From: Candidatus Hodarchaeota archaeon
GTDB taxonomy: Archaea > Asgardarchaeota > Lokiarchaeia > Sigyniarchaeales > SOKP01
Assembly: GCA_048886685.1 (NCBI GenBank)
Contig: JBHLKM010000002.1
Coordinates: forward strand, 39,532-103,531
Reading direction: 5' to 3'
Length of the DNA: 64,000 nucleotides
Made by a program: the position numbers and the translations under genes. Positions 39,057-48,727 of the stretch are shown here, piece by piece (within the stretch, counting starts at the first letter, position 1; each line of letters starts with the position of its first letter). The notes beneath the pieces are model-generated. The model did not search any database. It was not told where the DNA came from and saw only the letters and a list, made by a program, of their open reading frames with translations.

Positions 39057-39584
39057 TTACTCTCTATTTTTAAATAAGTTAATTGAATAACTTACAATTA
39101 CTTCAGCATCTTTAGCATTTTTCCATTCTTTAAATTTAACCCATTTGTGTGGTTCTAATCTTTTATATGTTTCATAGAATTCTTGAATCTCCTTCAATTT
39201 ATGTTTATGAACATCTTGAATATCATTAAATCCGCTAAATCTTGCATCATTAATTAAAACAGAGAGGATTTTTGGGTCATCTCCATGCTCGTCTTCAAGA
39301 ATTAATGCCCCAATCACTCGAACTTTTACAATGCATCCTACTTCAAGAGGTTCATAGCTTAATACCATTATATCAAGAGGATCATTATCATCTGACCATG
39401 TTTGAGGGACAAATCCATATTCTACAGGAAATATTACAGAAGAAGGGATAATTCGATCTAAAACAAAGGCTTCCCAATTATGATTATACTCATATTTATC
39501 CCTTGAACCACTGATAACCTCAATCACCGCATTTAACAAAAGCGGAGGATTATCTCCAGCGGGAATATCTTTCCATAAATCCAT
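39057..39584 (-). CDS. ppa: Inorganic pyrophosphatase, family I
   Basis: KYE, LDR, YGFVPQT, DNDPLD, DPKI, FYETYK. Confidence 0.95.
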   Translation of the reverse strand: MDLWKDIPAGDNPPLLLNAVIEVISGSRDKYEYNHNWEAFVLDRIIPSSVIFPVEYGFVPQTWSDDNDPLDIMVLSYEPLEVGCIVKVRVIGALILEDEHGDDPKILSVLINDARFSGFNDIQDVHKHKLKEIQEFYETYKRLEPHKWVKFKEWKNAKDAEVIVSYSINLFKNRE

Positions 39585-39645
39585 AATTATCTTAATTTAA
39601 ATATATTTTTTAAAAATTTTTTTTTAAATTCTCAGACACATTACA

Positions 39646-40536
39646 TTACCGTAAAACAGGGATTACTTCCTTGGCTATTATTTTAATATTTTTAATTTGC
39701 GGTGAATCAAAGAAGGGGTAGTATATAATAAATTCATTAATTCCAATTTCCTTATATTGATTTATAACTTCTCGAAAAATTTCTTTAGAATTAATGATTG
39801 TTCTTCCATGTCGGCTATAGAATAGCAAAGAACGTCGTATCGTTTCTGGATCTCTACCAATTTCATCACAATACTTTTCTATAAGTTCCACTCGGGTTTT
39901 AGTATTTTCAAGAATCTTCTCTGCAGGAGCACGCCAGTCTTCGGATCCAAAGGAATTCCAGGTATCAGCATATTTTGCTGCTATTTTAAGCATAGACTTT
40001 CCCATTGCCGCAATTACTAAAGGTGGTCGTGGTCTCTGAATTGTCCCTGGATTCATTGTTGCATTATTTAGTCTATAAAAATTCCCTTCATAACTTGAAA
40101 TATCATAACGTAAAAGTCTGTCAATTACCTCGATTTGATCCTTGAATCGCTCAACTCTTTCTGATCCAACCCAATCCTCGATTCCTAGCATGGTATGAAC
40201 TGGATCTCTACTAGCACCTGTACCTAGTCCTAACTCTAATCTTCCATTCGAAATATGATCAATTGTAAGTGCTTGTCTTGCTAACACTGCTGGTCTACGT
40301 AATGGCATGGAAGCGACTAAAGTTCCAATTCTAATTTTTTTAGTCATTACTGCCAATGAAGCAAGAAGTGTCCATGACTCAAACCAATGTCCTGTATGAT
40401 TTACGGGATCAGTGAAATGGTCTGCTAACCAGACACTATCGAATCCCAAACTTTCTATAAGTTTCCAACGCTCAACCTCCTTTTCCCAAGGAAGATTTTG
40501 TACCGTCAATACTCCAAATCGAATATCATTTCCCAT
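39646..40536 (-). CDS. LLM-class flavin/F420-dependent oxidoreductase
   Basis: GFDSVWLADH, IGTLV, DHISNGRLELGLG, AAKYADTWN. Confidence 0.9.
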   Translation of the reverse strand: MGNDIRFGVLTVQNLPWEKEVERWKLIESLGFDSVWLADHFTDPVNHTGHWFESWTLLASLAVMTKKIRIGTLVASMPLRRPAVLARQALTIDHISNGRLELGLGTGASRDPVHTMLGIEDWVGSERVERFKDQIEVIDRLLRYDISSYEGNFYRLNNATMNPGTIQRPRPPLVIAAMGKSMLKIAAKYADTWNSFGSEDWRAPAEKILENTKTRVELIEKYCDEIGRDPETIRRSLLFYSRHGRTIINSKEIFREVINQYKEIGINEFIIYYPFFDSPQIKNIKIIAKEVIPVLR

Positions 40537-40712
40537 GTAAAATTCTCCTCGTAATGTAGTTTAGGTCGTATTATATAACATAACAAAATCCAAATGATAA
40601 AGTTTTACTTTCAGTGACCCCTCTTATCCTTTTTAAGTGACTTACAACATTAATTAATACTTCAATTTGAAGAAGTTTAAAACTATTTGAATTAACAAAT
40701 TATATAATAAAA

Positions 40713-40994
40713 GTGGAAATTATGGGATATATTAAAGATACCGCAGAAGTGGTAAAGGATTCACTGAAAGGAGTGTCAAATAAAAAGAAGTTTAAAAAAT
40801 TGATTGACAATATGATCTTTGCTATAGAAACAAATACAGTTAGTGAATATTTTCTATATAAGTTCAAGATTTTAGAGGAGTTAGCCCCACTCATTAAATT
40901 GAAAAAGGAAAAAGATAAAGATTATTTAGAGAAGTATAAAAAAGTAAAAAAGTACTATAAATCTCACTATAAGGAGATTGCTTATTCATCATAA
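40713..40994 (+). CDS. Hypothetical small basic protein
   Basis: 93 aa ORF filling an intergenic gap. Confidence 0.5.
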   Translation: MEIMGYIKDTAEVVKDSLKGVSNKKKFKKLIDNMIFAIETNTVSEYFLYKFKILEELAPLIKLKKEKDKDYLEKYKKVKKYYKSHYKEIAYSS

Positions 40995-41059
40995 AAAGAG
41001 TTTTATTCATTTAACTATATCTTAGTTTATATAATAAAAAAGAAAAAAAAAATTGTTAT

Positions 41060-41152
41060 TTATAGGTCTTTCAATCCAAATCTATATTTTCTTGGATTTA
41101 AAAGATAGTCTGCTAGAGTTGCTTCCAACCCGTTTTTAGCTTTTTTTGACAT
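41060..41152 (-). CDS. 30-aa micropeptide MSKKAKNGLEATLADYLLNPRKYRFGLKDL
   Basis: GAGGT-TTAAAAA-ATG ribosome-binding context; T-rich tract downstream. Confidence 0.55.
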   Translation of the reverse strand: MSKKAKNGLEATLADYLLNPRKYRFGLKDL

Positions 41153-41189
41153 TTTTTAAACCTCTTTTGAATTTGTTTTAAAAAAAAAA

Positions 41190-41270
41190 TTATTTTATTA
41201 AATCTCGATAAATATGAAAATTACCATTATTGGTAATTTTTATCAATCCTTCGGATGCTTTTTTCTTCAT
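41190..41270 (-). CDS. 26-aa micropeptide MKKKASEGLIKITNNGNFHIYRDLIK
   Basis: GAGGT-TAAAAAA-ATG context nearly identical to its neighbour; shared MxKKAxxGL start. Confidence 0.5.
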   Translation of the reverse strand: MKKKASEGLIKITNNGNFHIYRDLIK

Positions 41271-41344
41271 TTTTTTAACCTCATGTTTTAAATTTTTCTT
41301 TCTAATTTTAGAATAGGTAAGATTTCATATATAGTTTAACTACA

Positions 41345-41364
41345 CGAACTTCATGCGAAGTTCG
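41345..41364. promoter_or_regulatory. Perfect 8-bp inverted repeat upstream of the micropeptide pair
   Basis: CGAACTTC-ATGC-GAAGTTCG next to a TATATAT box on the minus strand. Confidence 0.45.
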
Positions 41365-41473
41365 AAGTAAACAAAAAGCCTCAAAATTATATAGAAATTC
41401 ATCCTATAATTAGTAAAATTTGAATTTCCCTAAAAAAAAGTCTATTCAAAAATTTAGTGGAAAACAACCTTGT

Positions 41474-42583
41474 TTATGTTTGGGACAATAGTTCAATTAG
41501 AGCTCTAGGGATTTCTTTATAATCATTTACGGCATAAAACTTCCCTCGACCAGCCTTAGCTATTTCCTGGCATGTTGTAATACCCTGAGTCGCATCATTT
41601 TCTGCTGGCATTCCTATAACATGTAGTTTTGGATATTTCTTAGCAATTTCAACTGGATCTCCTCCTCTGTTGAAATTACCATCAGAGATTAGAATTCCGA
41701 AACGACTCTTCCTACTTTCCCTAGTTTTGTTCAACTCTTTTAATCCTTTTTCTAAACCAATTTCGATATTTGTAAAGCCAACTGCTTCTGAATCTAAAAT
41801 TTCGTCAATAATATTAATAACTGATTTTTTTTGATTAATTTTTTTTAAGATCATTGCTGTTGAATTAAATAATATTATAGCATAATCCTCTTTTTCTAAA
41901 TTGTAAGCTAACACAGAGCTAGTAAGGGCTGCATTCAATAATAACCGACCATACATGCTTCCACTTGTATCTAATATTAACACTACTTTTCGTTTTTGAC
42001 GCTTTCTTACTACTCCATATATATCTTTATAATTCAAACTTTTTTCATAAATTTTTAAAGGATTATGTTGGATAGTCTCATCTAAACTAAATTCAGGCAT
42101 ACCAATTTTGTAAAAAGGAACAGTTTTCTTGAATTGACCTCTTATTCCTTTACTAGTTATTTTTAATGATAATTTTAAAATACTTTGACGAGCTAAACGT
42201 CTAAAAATTGCTTTATATTTGGGCGATATTGGGCGCCTAATGAAAAAGTAAATTTCTGGCATAAAATCCCCTGATTCTCTTGCCTTTTGCGAGAAAAACT
42301 CAACTCCTTCTTCTGTGTCCAGAATATCTGTTGCTGCATACACATTCGCTTTAAGTAAACCCATTATTGCTTCAAGGTTCTTATGTTGTATTGCCAAGTA
42401 TGTCATATTTTTGATAGTCTGATAATCAAGAGTGTTGGAAAGATGCTTATAATAATCCGGTTTCTTTCTTTTTTTCCGAATTATTTCATACTCTAAGATT
42501 TCTTTATCCAGTCGACTTTCAGTAAGTCTTACATGCAGTCTCTTCTCAATCTCGTCGGATTCCTCCTCAGAGAAATCATCGAT
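41474..42583 (-). CDS. VWA domain protein (MoxR partner)
   Basis: MIDAS DTSGS, GFTNI, ISDG; frame extends 59 codons upstream of the track ATG to an ATC overlapping the MoxR TAA. Confidence 0.85.
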   Translation of the reverse strand: MDDFSEEESDEIEKRLHVRLTESRLDKEILEYEIIRKKRKKPDYYKHLSNTLDYQTIKNMTYLAIQHKNLEAIMGLLKANVYAATDILDTEEGVEFFSQKARESGDFMPEIYFFIRRPISPKYKAIFRRLARQSILKLSLKITSKGIRGQFKKTVPFYKIGMPEFSLDETIQHNPLKIYEKSLNYKDIYGVVRKRQKRKVVLILDTSGSMYGRLLLNAALTSSVLAYNLEKEDYAIILFNSTAMILKKINQKKSVINIIDEILDSEAVGFTNIEIGLEKGLKELNKTRESRKSRFGILISDGNFNRGGDPVEIAKKYPKLHVIGMPAENDATQGITTCQEIAKAGRGKFYAVNDYKEIPRALIELLSQT

Positions 42584-43473
42584 TATTGAAAATCCGATTT
42601 GTTTAATACAGCTAATACAATGTTAGTTATAATTTCTTTCTTAGATTGTGTTAATCCGTCTTCTAATTCAATTTTATTATGTAAAGACATTACTGCTGCT
42701 TCTACCCAATTATTTGTACTGCTAGTATTTTCATATTGATTTATCAATGTAGCCATGTCTATCGCACCTCTAATAGAACTTCCTCTACGAATTGCTGTAC
42801 TGTTTCTAGTCGCTTGAATTATCTTTTGAGATAGAGTTGCTATTTTTTCGGCACTCAACGCTGTTGTGTGATCTAAATCAGCTTCTTGTTTGATAATAAG
42901 GATTTCTTCTTCAGGTTGTTGATAAGAAAGATTTATCCATATAAATCTATCCTTTAATGCTTCTCCTAAGACAGTAACTCCAACATGAGCTGCTGGATTT
43001 TGCGTTGCGACTACAAAAAAATCTTTATGAGCCTTAATTGTTTTCAATTTGGGTATTTCTAAGATACCCTCATCTAAAGCGGTAAGTAATGAGTTTTGGG
43101 TGTTCTCTGGCATTCTATTAATTTCATTTATAAACAAACATCCTCCATTTAACATCGCTAAAGCTAATGGACCGTATTTATAAGATTCTTCATTATATCC
43201 TTTTGCAATGACAAGAGGAGGTTCAAAATAACCAACGAGGTTATGAGGTAATAATTCCTCACTACAGTCAACCCTATAAAAATTTGAATCATTAGTACTA
43301 TAATATTTAGCAATTGCTCTAGCTAGTGTAGTCTTGCCTACTCCTACATTCCCTTCTAACAATATATTCTTACCTACTGAATGAGCTAAAACAATTTGTT
43401 TTAGTTCTTCCGTTCTACCTATGATTTTAAATTTTTCCTTTATTTCAGTGATTATACTGGTCGTATCAACCAT
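42583..43473 (-). CDS. MoxR family AAA+ ATPase
   Basis: GNVGVGKT, LFINEINR, ATQNP, EALKDRF, SIRG. Confidence 0.9.
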   Translation of the reverse strand: MVDTTSIITEIKEKFKIIGRTEELKQIVLAHSVGKNILLEGNVGVGKTTLARAIAKYYSTNDSNFYRVDCSEELLPHNLVGYFEPPLVIAKGYNEESYKYGPLALAMLNGGCLFINEINRMPENTQNSLLTALDEGILEIPKLKTIKAHKDFFVVATQNPAAHVGVTVLGEALKDRFIWINLSYQQPEEEILIIKQEADLDHTTALSAEKIATLSQKIIQATRNSTAIRRGSSIRGAIDMATLINQYENTSSTNNWVEAAVMSLHNKIELEDGLTQSKKEIITNIVLAVLNKSDFQ

Positions 43474-43746
43474 AATTTTCAAAATTAAACTTTTCTAAAA
43501 TAATTTACTATTTGAATAGTTGGTTTTCATATTATGATAGATCTATTAAGTACTTATCAAGAAATAATAAATATTTAAATATTTACATTTTTCCGTCGAG
43601 AGTGCATAGTTCTCTTGTTCTTTAATAAAAAACTTTAAAAATTATGCATGCTTATAACTATAGAGAGAAAAAAATCATTTATTTTCACTTTATAACTACA
43701 GCTTATTCTATAATCTCAATTGCTAGAAGAAAATAAAAGAAAAAAA

Positions 43747-44691
43747 CTAATTTTCAGATAATTCAGAAGATGCTAGTTCAATAGGAGATCTAGATAATTC
43801 ACCAAGAGGTACTGAATTCTTTTTCCATAATTTCAAGGAAATAAATCCAATGAGTAGAAGTAATGACGGATATACGATAATTTCTAATAAAGCAGGATTA
43901 GCATTATAACCAAAAAGTGCTTTTAGCAGCGACCCTATTATTTCAAGAAATGCAGGTGTCGCCGAGTTTCCATCAGGAAAAGCCTCTGGTAAAATATGTT
44001 TTATATTCCACACCTCATCAATAATGGGATTAACAATTCCCGCCTCAATAAACTCATGGATTCCATAAGTAATTAATCCTGCAGCAAACAGTATCAGAAT
44101 CACATTAGTGATTTTAAAGAATTTTGATAAATCTATAGTTTTTATCCCATAAAATGTTAAAAGACCAATGAGAACTGAGATTCCCAATCCAATGACGGAC
44201 CCTAAAATCATTGTAATTTGATTTATTGACCCTATAGAAGCAGTTCCAGTTAATAATAATACAAGTTCAATTCCTTCTCTGATGATTATGATAAATGTTA
44301 GAATTGAAATAGAAAATGCTTTCTGCTTCTCAATTGATTCTTCCACCCTTCCCTCCAAACTCTCTCGTATTTTTGGACCTTCCTTACTTACCCATAGAAC
44401 TAAGGTAACTATGAAAATTCCAGACATTATAAATGTCGTTCCTTCGAATAATTCTTCTAGTAATCCTGTAAATCCTCCAAATATCATTGAAAACACAATA
44501 GCAAAAATTATACTTGAAAATATTGCTAAAATTGCCCCAAGGTATACATGTCTACTATAAGATCGCTGATTTGTTTTCTTCAAATACAAGAGTATAATAA
44601 CAACAACCAAAGTTGCTTCTAAACCTTCTCTTAGAGCTAAAAAAGCGGGAGATATTAAATCTATATAAGTAGCCATAATAATTAAACTCAA
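43747..44691 (-). CDS. FTR1 family iron permease
   Basis: Two RExxE motifs (REGLE, REGIE); about 7 TM segments. Confidence 0.9.
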   Translation of the reverse strand: MSLIIMATYIDLISPAFLALREGLEATLVVVIILLYLKKTNQRSYSRHVYLGAILAIFSSIIFAIVFSMIFGGFTGLLEELFEGTTFIMSGIFIVTLVLWVSKEGPKIRESLEGRVEESIEKQKAFSISILTFIIIIREGIELVLLLTGTASIGSINQITMILGSVIGLGISVLIGLLTFYGIKTIDLSKFFKITNVILILFAAGLITYGIHEFIEAGIVNPIIDEVWNIKHILPEAFPDGNSATPAFLEIIGSLLKALFGYNANPALLEIIVYPSLLLLIGFISLKLWKKNSVPLGELSRSPIELASSELSEN

Positions 44692-44734
44692 TTAATATAT
44701 TATGAAGGATATAGATTTAAAAAATATAAGAATT

Positions 44735-44748
44735 TTAGTTTTGACTAA
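44735..44748. promoter_or_regulatory. Candidate DtxR/MntR-type operator
   Basis: TTAG-TTTTGA-CTAA about 45 nt upstream of the FTR1 gene. Confidence 0.35.
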
Positions 44749-44852
44749 TAAACTCAATTAAAATTTTTGTTTTAAAAAATAAGATAATAATAAACTCTTA
44801 AGCGAATTTATAAGATAATCAAATTACTAGAAAAAAAACCTTAATTAAGAAA

Positions 44853-46100
44853 CTATTTAGGAAATAATTTCACTTTCACTTTATCCCCTTTTTTTAGACC
44901 TTCTTGATGAGGAGGAATCTCAACTATTCCATCGGAGAAAGTTAATGAACTGATAACTCCAGAACCTTTTAACTTAACTGGAATGGCAATAAATCCTTCT
45001 TGAGATTTTTCAAGATTTACCCTTAAATAGTGGAGATATCCAAGACCAGAAACAGGTACATCTCTACTAATGCTTGCTATTAATTCAGTTCTAGGATCAA
45101 GCACGGCACATCCTAACATTTTTCTAATGGCGAGTCCTACTATTTTTAAAAATGAAACATAAGCCGCGACTGGTGTACCAGGTAGACAAAATATTAAAGA
45201 TTCACTCAAAAAACCAATTAAAACGGGAGATCCAGGGCGTTGAGCAATTCCATGGCTTAAAATTGTACCTGTTTCATTGATAATTTCTGGTAAATAATCT
45301 TTAGTTCCAACTGATGTACCACCTGTAAAAATTATTATTTGAGAATCTTGTGCTGCTTCGATTAATTTATTTTTAATAACCTCTTTATCATCTTTTATAG
45401 TTTCACCCCTAGTAACAATTCCACCATATATTCTTACTAATGTTGATATCATCGAGGTGTTTGAGTTATAGATTTTTCCTGGTTGAAGTGGAGTACCTGG
45501 TTCTAATAATTCGTCTCCAGAAGAAAAAACACTTATTTTAGGTTTTTTTCTCACTTTCACTTTAGCAAAACCTAAAGAAGTCAAAAGAGCAATATGTTCT
45601 GCTTTTAATTCTGTACCCCCACTTAAAACATGGGTTCCTTTTTTAATATCTTCTCCTTTCTTTGACACATTTTTACCCGGTGGGATAGAAATATAGACAC
45701 TTATTATATCATTTTCAATTTCTGTGTCTTCTATTTTGACAACAGCATCAGCACCTTCTGGTATAGGTGCTCCGGTGGAAATTTTTATTCCTTCATTTTT
45801 ATTTAATATAAAATTGGAAGATTCTCCTATTTCAATTGTCCCAACAAGTCCTATTTTTTTTGGATTTTTTGGAGAAGCATTAAAAGAATCTTCTGCTTTA
45901 ATCGCATATCCATCCATTGCTGATCGGTCAAATGGCGGAATATTCATCTCACTAACAATATCAATGGCTAAAATACGATTTAATGAATCATTAACTTTAA
46001 TTTCTTCATATGAATTTAATTGGATTTTTGAAAATAGTTTTTCTAAAGCATCTTCTAATGGAGTTAATCTTGAAAATCCAATTTTTCGAAGTTTTTCCAC
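44853..46100 (-). CDS. moeA: Molybdopterin Mo/W insertase MoeA
   Basis: PPFDRSAMDGYA, STGAPIP, SSGDEL, GGTSVG, LPGTP. Confidence 0.92.
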   Translation of the reverse strand: MEKLRKIGFSRLTPLEDALEKLFSKIQLNSYEEIKVNDSLNRILAIDIVSEMNIPPFDRSAMDGYAIKAEDSFNASPKNPKKIGLVGTIEIGESSNFILNKNEGIKISTGAPIPEGADAVVKIEDTEIENDIISVYISIPPGKNVSKKGEDIKKGTHVLSGGTELKAEHIALLTSLGFAKVKVRKKPKISVFSSGDELLEPGTPLQPGKIYNSNTSMISTLVRIYGGIVTRGETIKDDKEVIKNKLIEAAQDSQIIIFTGGTSVGTKDYLPEIINETGTILSHGIAQRPGSPVLIGFLSESLIFCLPGTPVAAYVSFLKIVGLAIRKMLGCAVLDPRTELIASISRDVPVSGLGYLHYLRVNLEKSQEGFIAIPVKLKGSGVISSLTFSDGIVEIPPHQEGLKKGDKVKVKLFPK

Positions 46101-46106
46101 AGTCCT

Positions 46107-46667
46107 TCACTCTTTCTTATTAATTAAATATTGAATATGCCCTAATTCTGGGATTATTATGTTTTTCAAAGCTAAGATCACGGCATTTGGGGAGCCGGGT
46201 AGTAGAAAAAGAGACTTATTTTTCTTTCGACTCCTAAGAATACCAGCGGTTGCCCTTGATAACATAGCTGAAGGACCAATTTCATTAAAAGAGAGATATC
46301 TAAAGAGTTCTCCAAAACCATCAAATTTTTTTTCTAAACGTGGCTCTAAAGTTTCATAAGTTATATCCTTTAGTGTTAATCCAGTTCCCCCGCTAAAGAG
46401 AATAGAATCTACCCTTTCATCTTTCATCAATTTTATTAAGATATTATTAATATGTTCTTCCGAATCTGGTATAATTTCAGTATAAACTAATGAAATTGAT
46501 GGATCATTTTTTAAAAATTGTCTTACTTTCGGAATTGTTTTATCTGTACTTACATTTCCAGAAGTTGTTTCATTAAATCTACTCGTGCTAACTACAACTA
46601 AAGCTATGTTAGTTCTTTTTGGTGCTTTATATTTATGTTCCTCATGGACTTTTAATTTCTCTCTCAT
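46107..46667 (-). CDS. moaB: Molybdopterin adenylyltransferase MoaB/Mog
   Basis: SGGTG..DIT, GFGELFR, AMLSRATAG, LPGSPNA. Confidence 0.9.
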   Translation of the reverse strand: MREKLKVHEEHKYKAPKRTNIALVVVSTSRFNETTSGNVSTDKTIPKVRQFLKNDPSISLVYTEIIPDSEEHINNILIKLMKDERVDSILFSGGTGLTLKDITYETLEPRLEKKFDGFGELFRYLSFNEIGPSAMLSRATAGILRSRKKNKSLFLLPGSPNAVILALKNIIIPELGHIQYLINKKE

Positions 46668-46697
46668 TTTTTTCAAACACCCTAATTATCATCTTTA

Positions 46698-47924
46698 TCA
46701 GAAGAAATTTACTTTTCTTTTCTCCCCTTTTTCAATAATTGATTCTAATTCTTCAATTTCTATATAACCATCAGCAAAGAACATTGTACTAATTGCTTCG
46801 GAACCTGTTTTGATAGGATATATTTTCTTAATGCCTTCATCTTCTTTTATTTTTATTGCTTTAAACTCATGACGTCCAACGGTACTATAGATTCTTTCAC
46901 CAACCACCATTAGTTTTGAAAATTTATCTTTTAAAGGATATCCAGACAATTTTCTTAGAAAATTATCAATAAAAATATAAAAACAACTCAATGCTGAAGT
47001 TGGATAACCTGGCAAAATAAATATAATTTTATTTTTTATTTTCGCAAAAATTATTGGTTTCCCTGGTTTTATGTTCACACCATGTACTAAAATTTCTATA
47101 TCTTCAAAATCCTCTAAAACTTTTGGGCCTAAATCCCCCTCACCTTTAGATGTACCACCAGATAAAATTACTATATCACTCATTTCCATGGCGTCATCAA
47201 TAGCATTTTTCAGATCTCTATAATTGTCTTTTATAATACCAAAAAATTTAACTAAAACTCCTGTATTTTCAATCGCTTTTTTTAGTACAATCGAATTTAC
47301 ATCATATATTTTACCAATCTCTAAATTTTGTACTTCTTGGTTAACAAGTTCATTACCAGTACTTAATAGTGATATTTTTGGCTTTTTATTTACCCAAATT
47401 TCTTTAATTCCACATGAAGCAAGAATTCCGATAGTAGCTAAATCAACTAGAGAACCCTTTTTTACGATAATTTCTCCTTTTTTTATATCATGACCAATAT
47501 CAATTACATGGGTTCCTGGAGTTATTGCCTTGGAAATTGAAACAACATTCTCATGAACCTCTGTAAATTCAACCATTACTATTCCATTTGAGTTATCAGG
47601 TAAAGCAGCTCCGGTTGATACATAACTACACTGTTTATTATCTAATCTTTTTTTAGGAATATCCCCCGCTTGAATGGTTTCTATTAATTCAAGTTCGATT
47701 AAATTATCTTCTTCAGCTCCAAATGTATCTTTCGCTATTACTGCATATCCATCCATTCTGGACTTCCGAAAGTGAGGAACATCTATAGTACTTCTTATAT
47801 CTCTTGAAACTATTCGATTATAACAATTTTCAATATTCAATTGTTCTTCTTCAATTTCTAAGATTGAAATTGAGGTAAGGATATCTTTAAATTCTTCCAC
47901 TTTAATTGTTTTTAAGAACTTCAT
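46698..47924 (-). CDS. moeA: Second MoeA paralog
   Basis: PHFRKSRMDGYA, STGNEL, SGGTSKG, KPGKP, LPGYP. Confidence 0.92.
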   Translation of the reverse strand: MKFLKTIKVEEFKDILTSISILEIEEEQLNIENCYNRIVSRDIRSTIDVPHFRKSRMDGYAVIAKDTFGAEEDNLIELELIETIQAGDIPKKRLDNKQCSYVSTGAALPDNSNGIVMVEFTEVHENVVSISKAITPGTHVIDIGHDIKKGEIIVKKGSLVDLATIGILASCGIKEIWVNKKPKISLLSTGNELVNQEVQNLEIGKIYDVNSIVLKKAIENTGVLVKFFGIIKDNYRDLKNAIDDAMEMSDIVILSGGTSKGEGDLGPKVLEDFEDIEILVHGVNIKPGKPIIFAKIKNKIIFILPGYPTSALSCFYIFIDNFLRKLSGYPLKDKFSKLMVVGERIYSTVGRHEFKAIKIKEDEGIKKIYPIKTGSEAISTMFFADGYIEIEELESIIEKGEKRKVNFF

Positions 47925-47958
47925 ACGGAAATCAAACTTAAATTAATTTAGACTAGAT

Positions 47959-48411
47959 CTAATGAACCCATTCAGATGATCCATTACGAAAATCTTCTCT
48001 CTTCCATACGGCTATTTCTTTTTTATACATTTCTACAGCATCTGAAATAGTTTCAAAACCCTCTTTTCTATGTGCTGATGCCACAACCACATGCACTAAA
48101 TCTTCGGTAAGCTCGAATTCTCCCTTTAAGTGAACAATCTTTACATCTATAATTTCTTCTCTTTTTTTTAGTTTTTCGCAAATCTTTCTAATACTTTCAT
48201 TTGCTAATTCATCATATGCATCAATTTTCATACTTTCTACAGATTTCCCATTTTTGGAGGTACTCCTGACAATACCAGTAAATGTGTGAATTGATCCTGC
48301 TTTCGTTATATTAGAATTTTGTTTCATAGATTCAATTATTCTCCCAAGGTCAATCTCTCCTTTAGAATAAATACCTGATTCTACTTTTTTAGTGTTTTCA
48401 GGATCAATCAT
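47959..48411 (-). CDS. moaE: Molybdopterin synthase catalytic subunit
   Basis: FTGIVR, VASAHR, KKEIAVWKRE. Confidence 0.9.
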   Translation of the reverse strand: MIDPENTKKVESGIYSKGEIDLGRIIESMKQNSNITKAGSIHTFTGIVRSTSKNGKSVESMKIDAYDELANESIRKICEKLKKREEIIDVKIVHLKGEFELTEDLVHVVVASAHRKEGFETISDAVEMYKKEIAVWKREDFRNGSSEWVH

Positions 48412-48417
48412 TTAGTA

Positions 48418-48702
48418 TTACCCTCCAGAAACAGGCGTTAAAAAAGCAATAGTATCACCATCACTTAAATTAATTATTGATGGATCTTTTTCATGAATTG
48501 GTGTATTATTTATAATTATCGAAATTAAATTATGTAGTTTTTGAACTTTTTCATCCCAAATTAGATTGTGAAGACTCTTTCCATATTTTTTAGTTAATAG
48601 ATTAATTACTTCCTTTAGATGAGAATTATATAATTCAAATTTTTCTCTCTCTTTACCAGTAATATCTTTAAACTCAGCAAAATATAGGACTTCAACAATC
48701 AT
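48418..48702 (-). CDS. moaD: MoaD/SAMP sulfur carrier
   Basis: VLYFA..; ends DGDTIAFLTPVSGG. Confidence 0.9.
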   Translation of the reverse strand: MIVEVLYFAEFKDITGKEREKFELYNSHLKEVINLLTKKYGKSLHNLIWDEKVQKLHNLISIIINNTPIHEKDPSIINLSDGDTIAFLTPVSGG

Positions 48703-48727
48703 TTATCATTTTCAATTTCATTAATTC

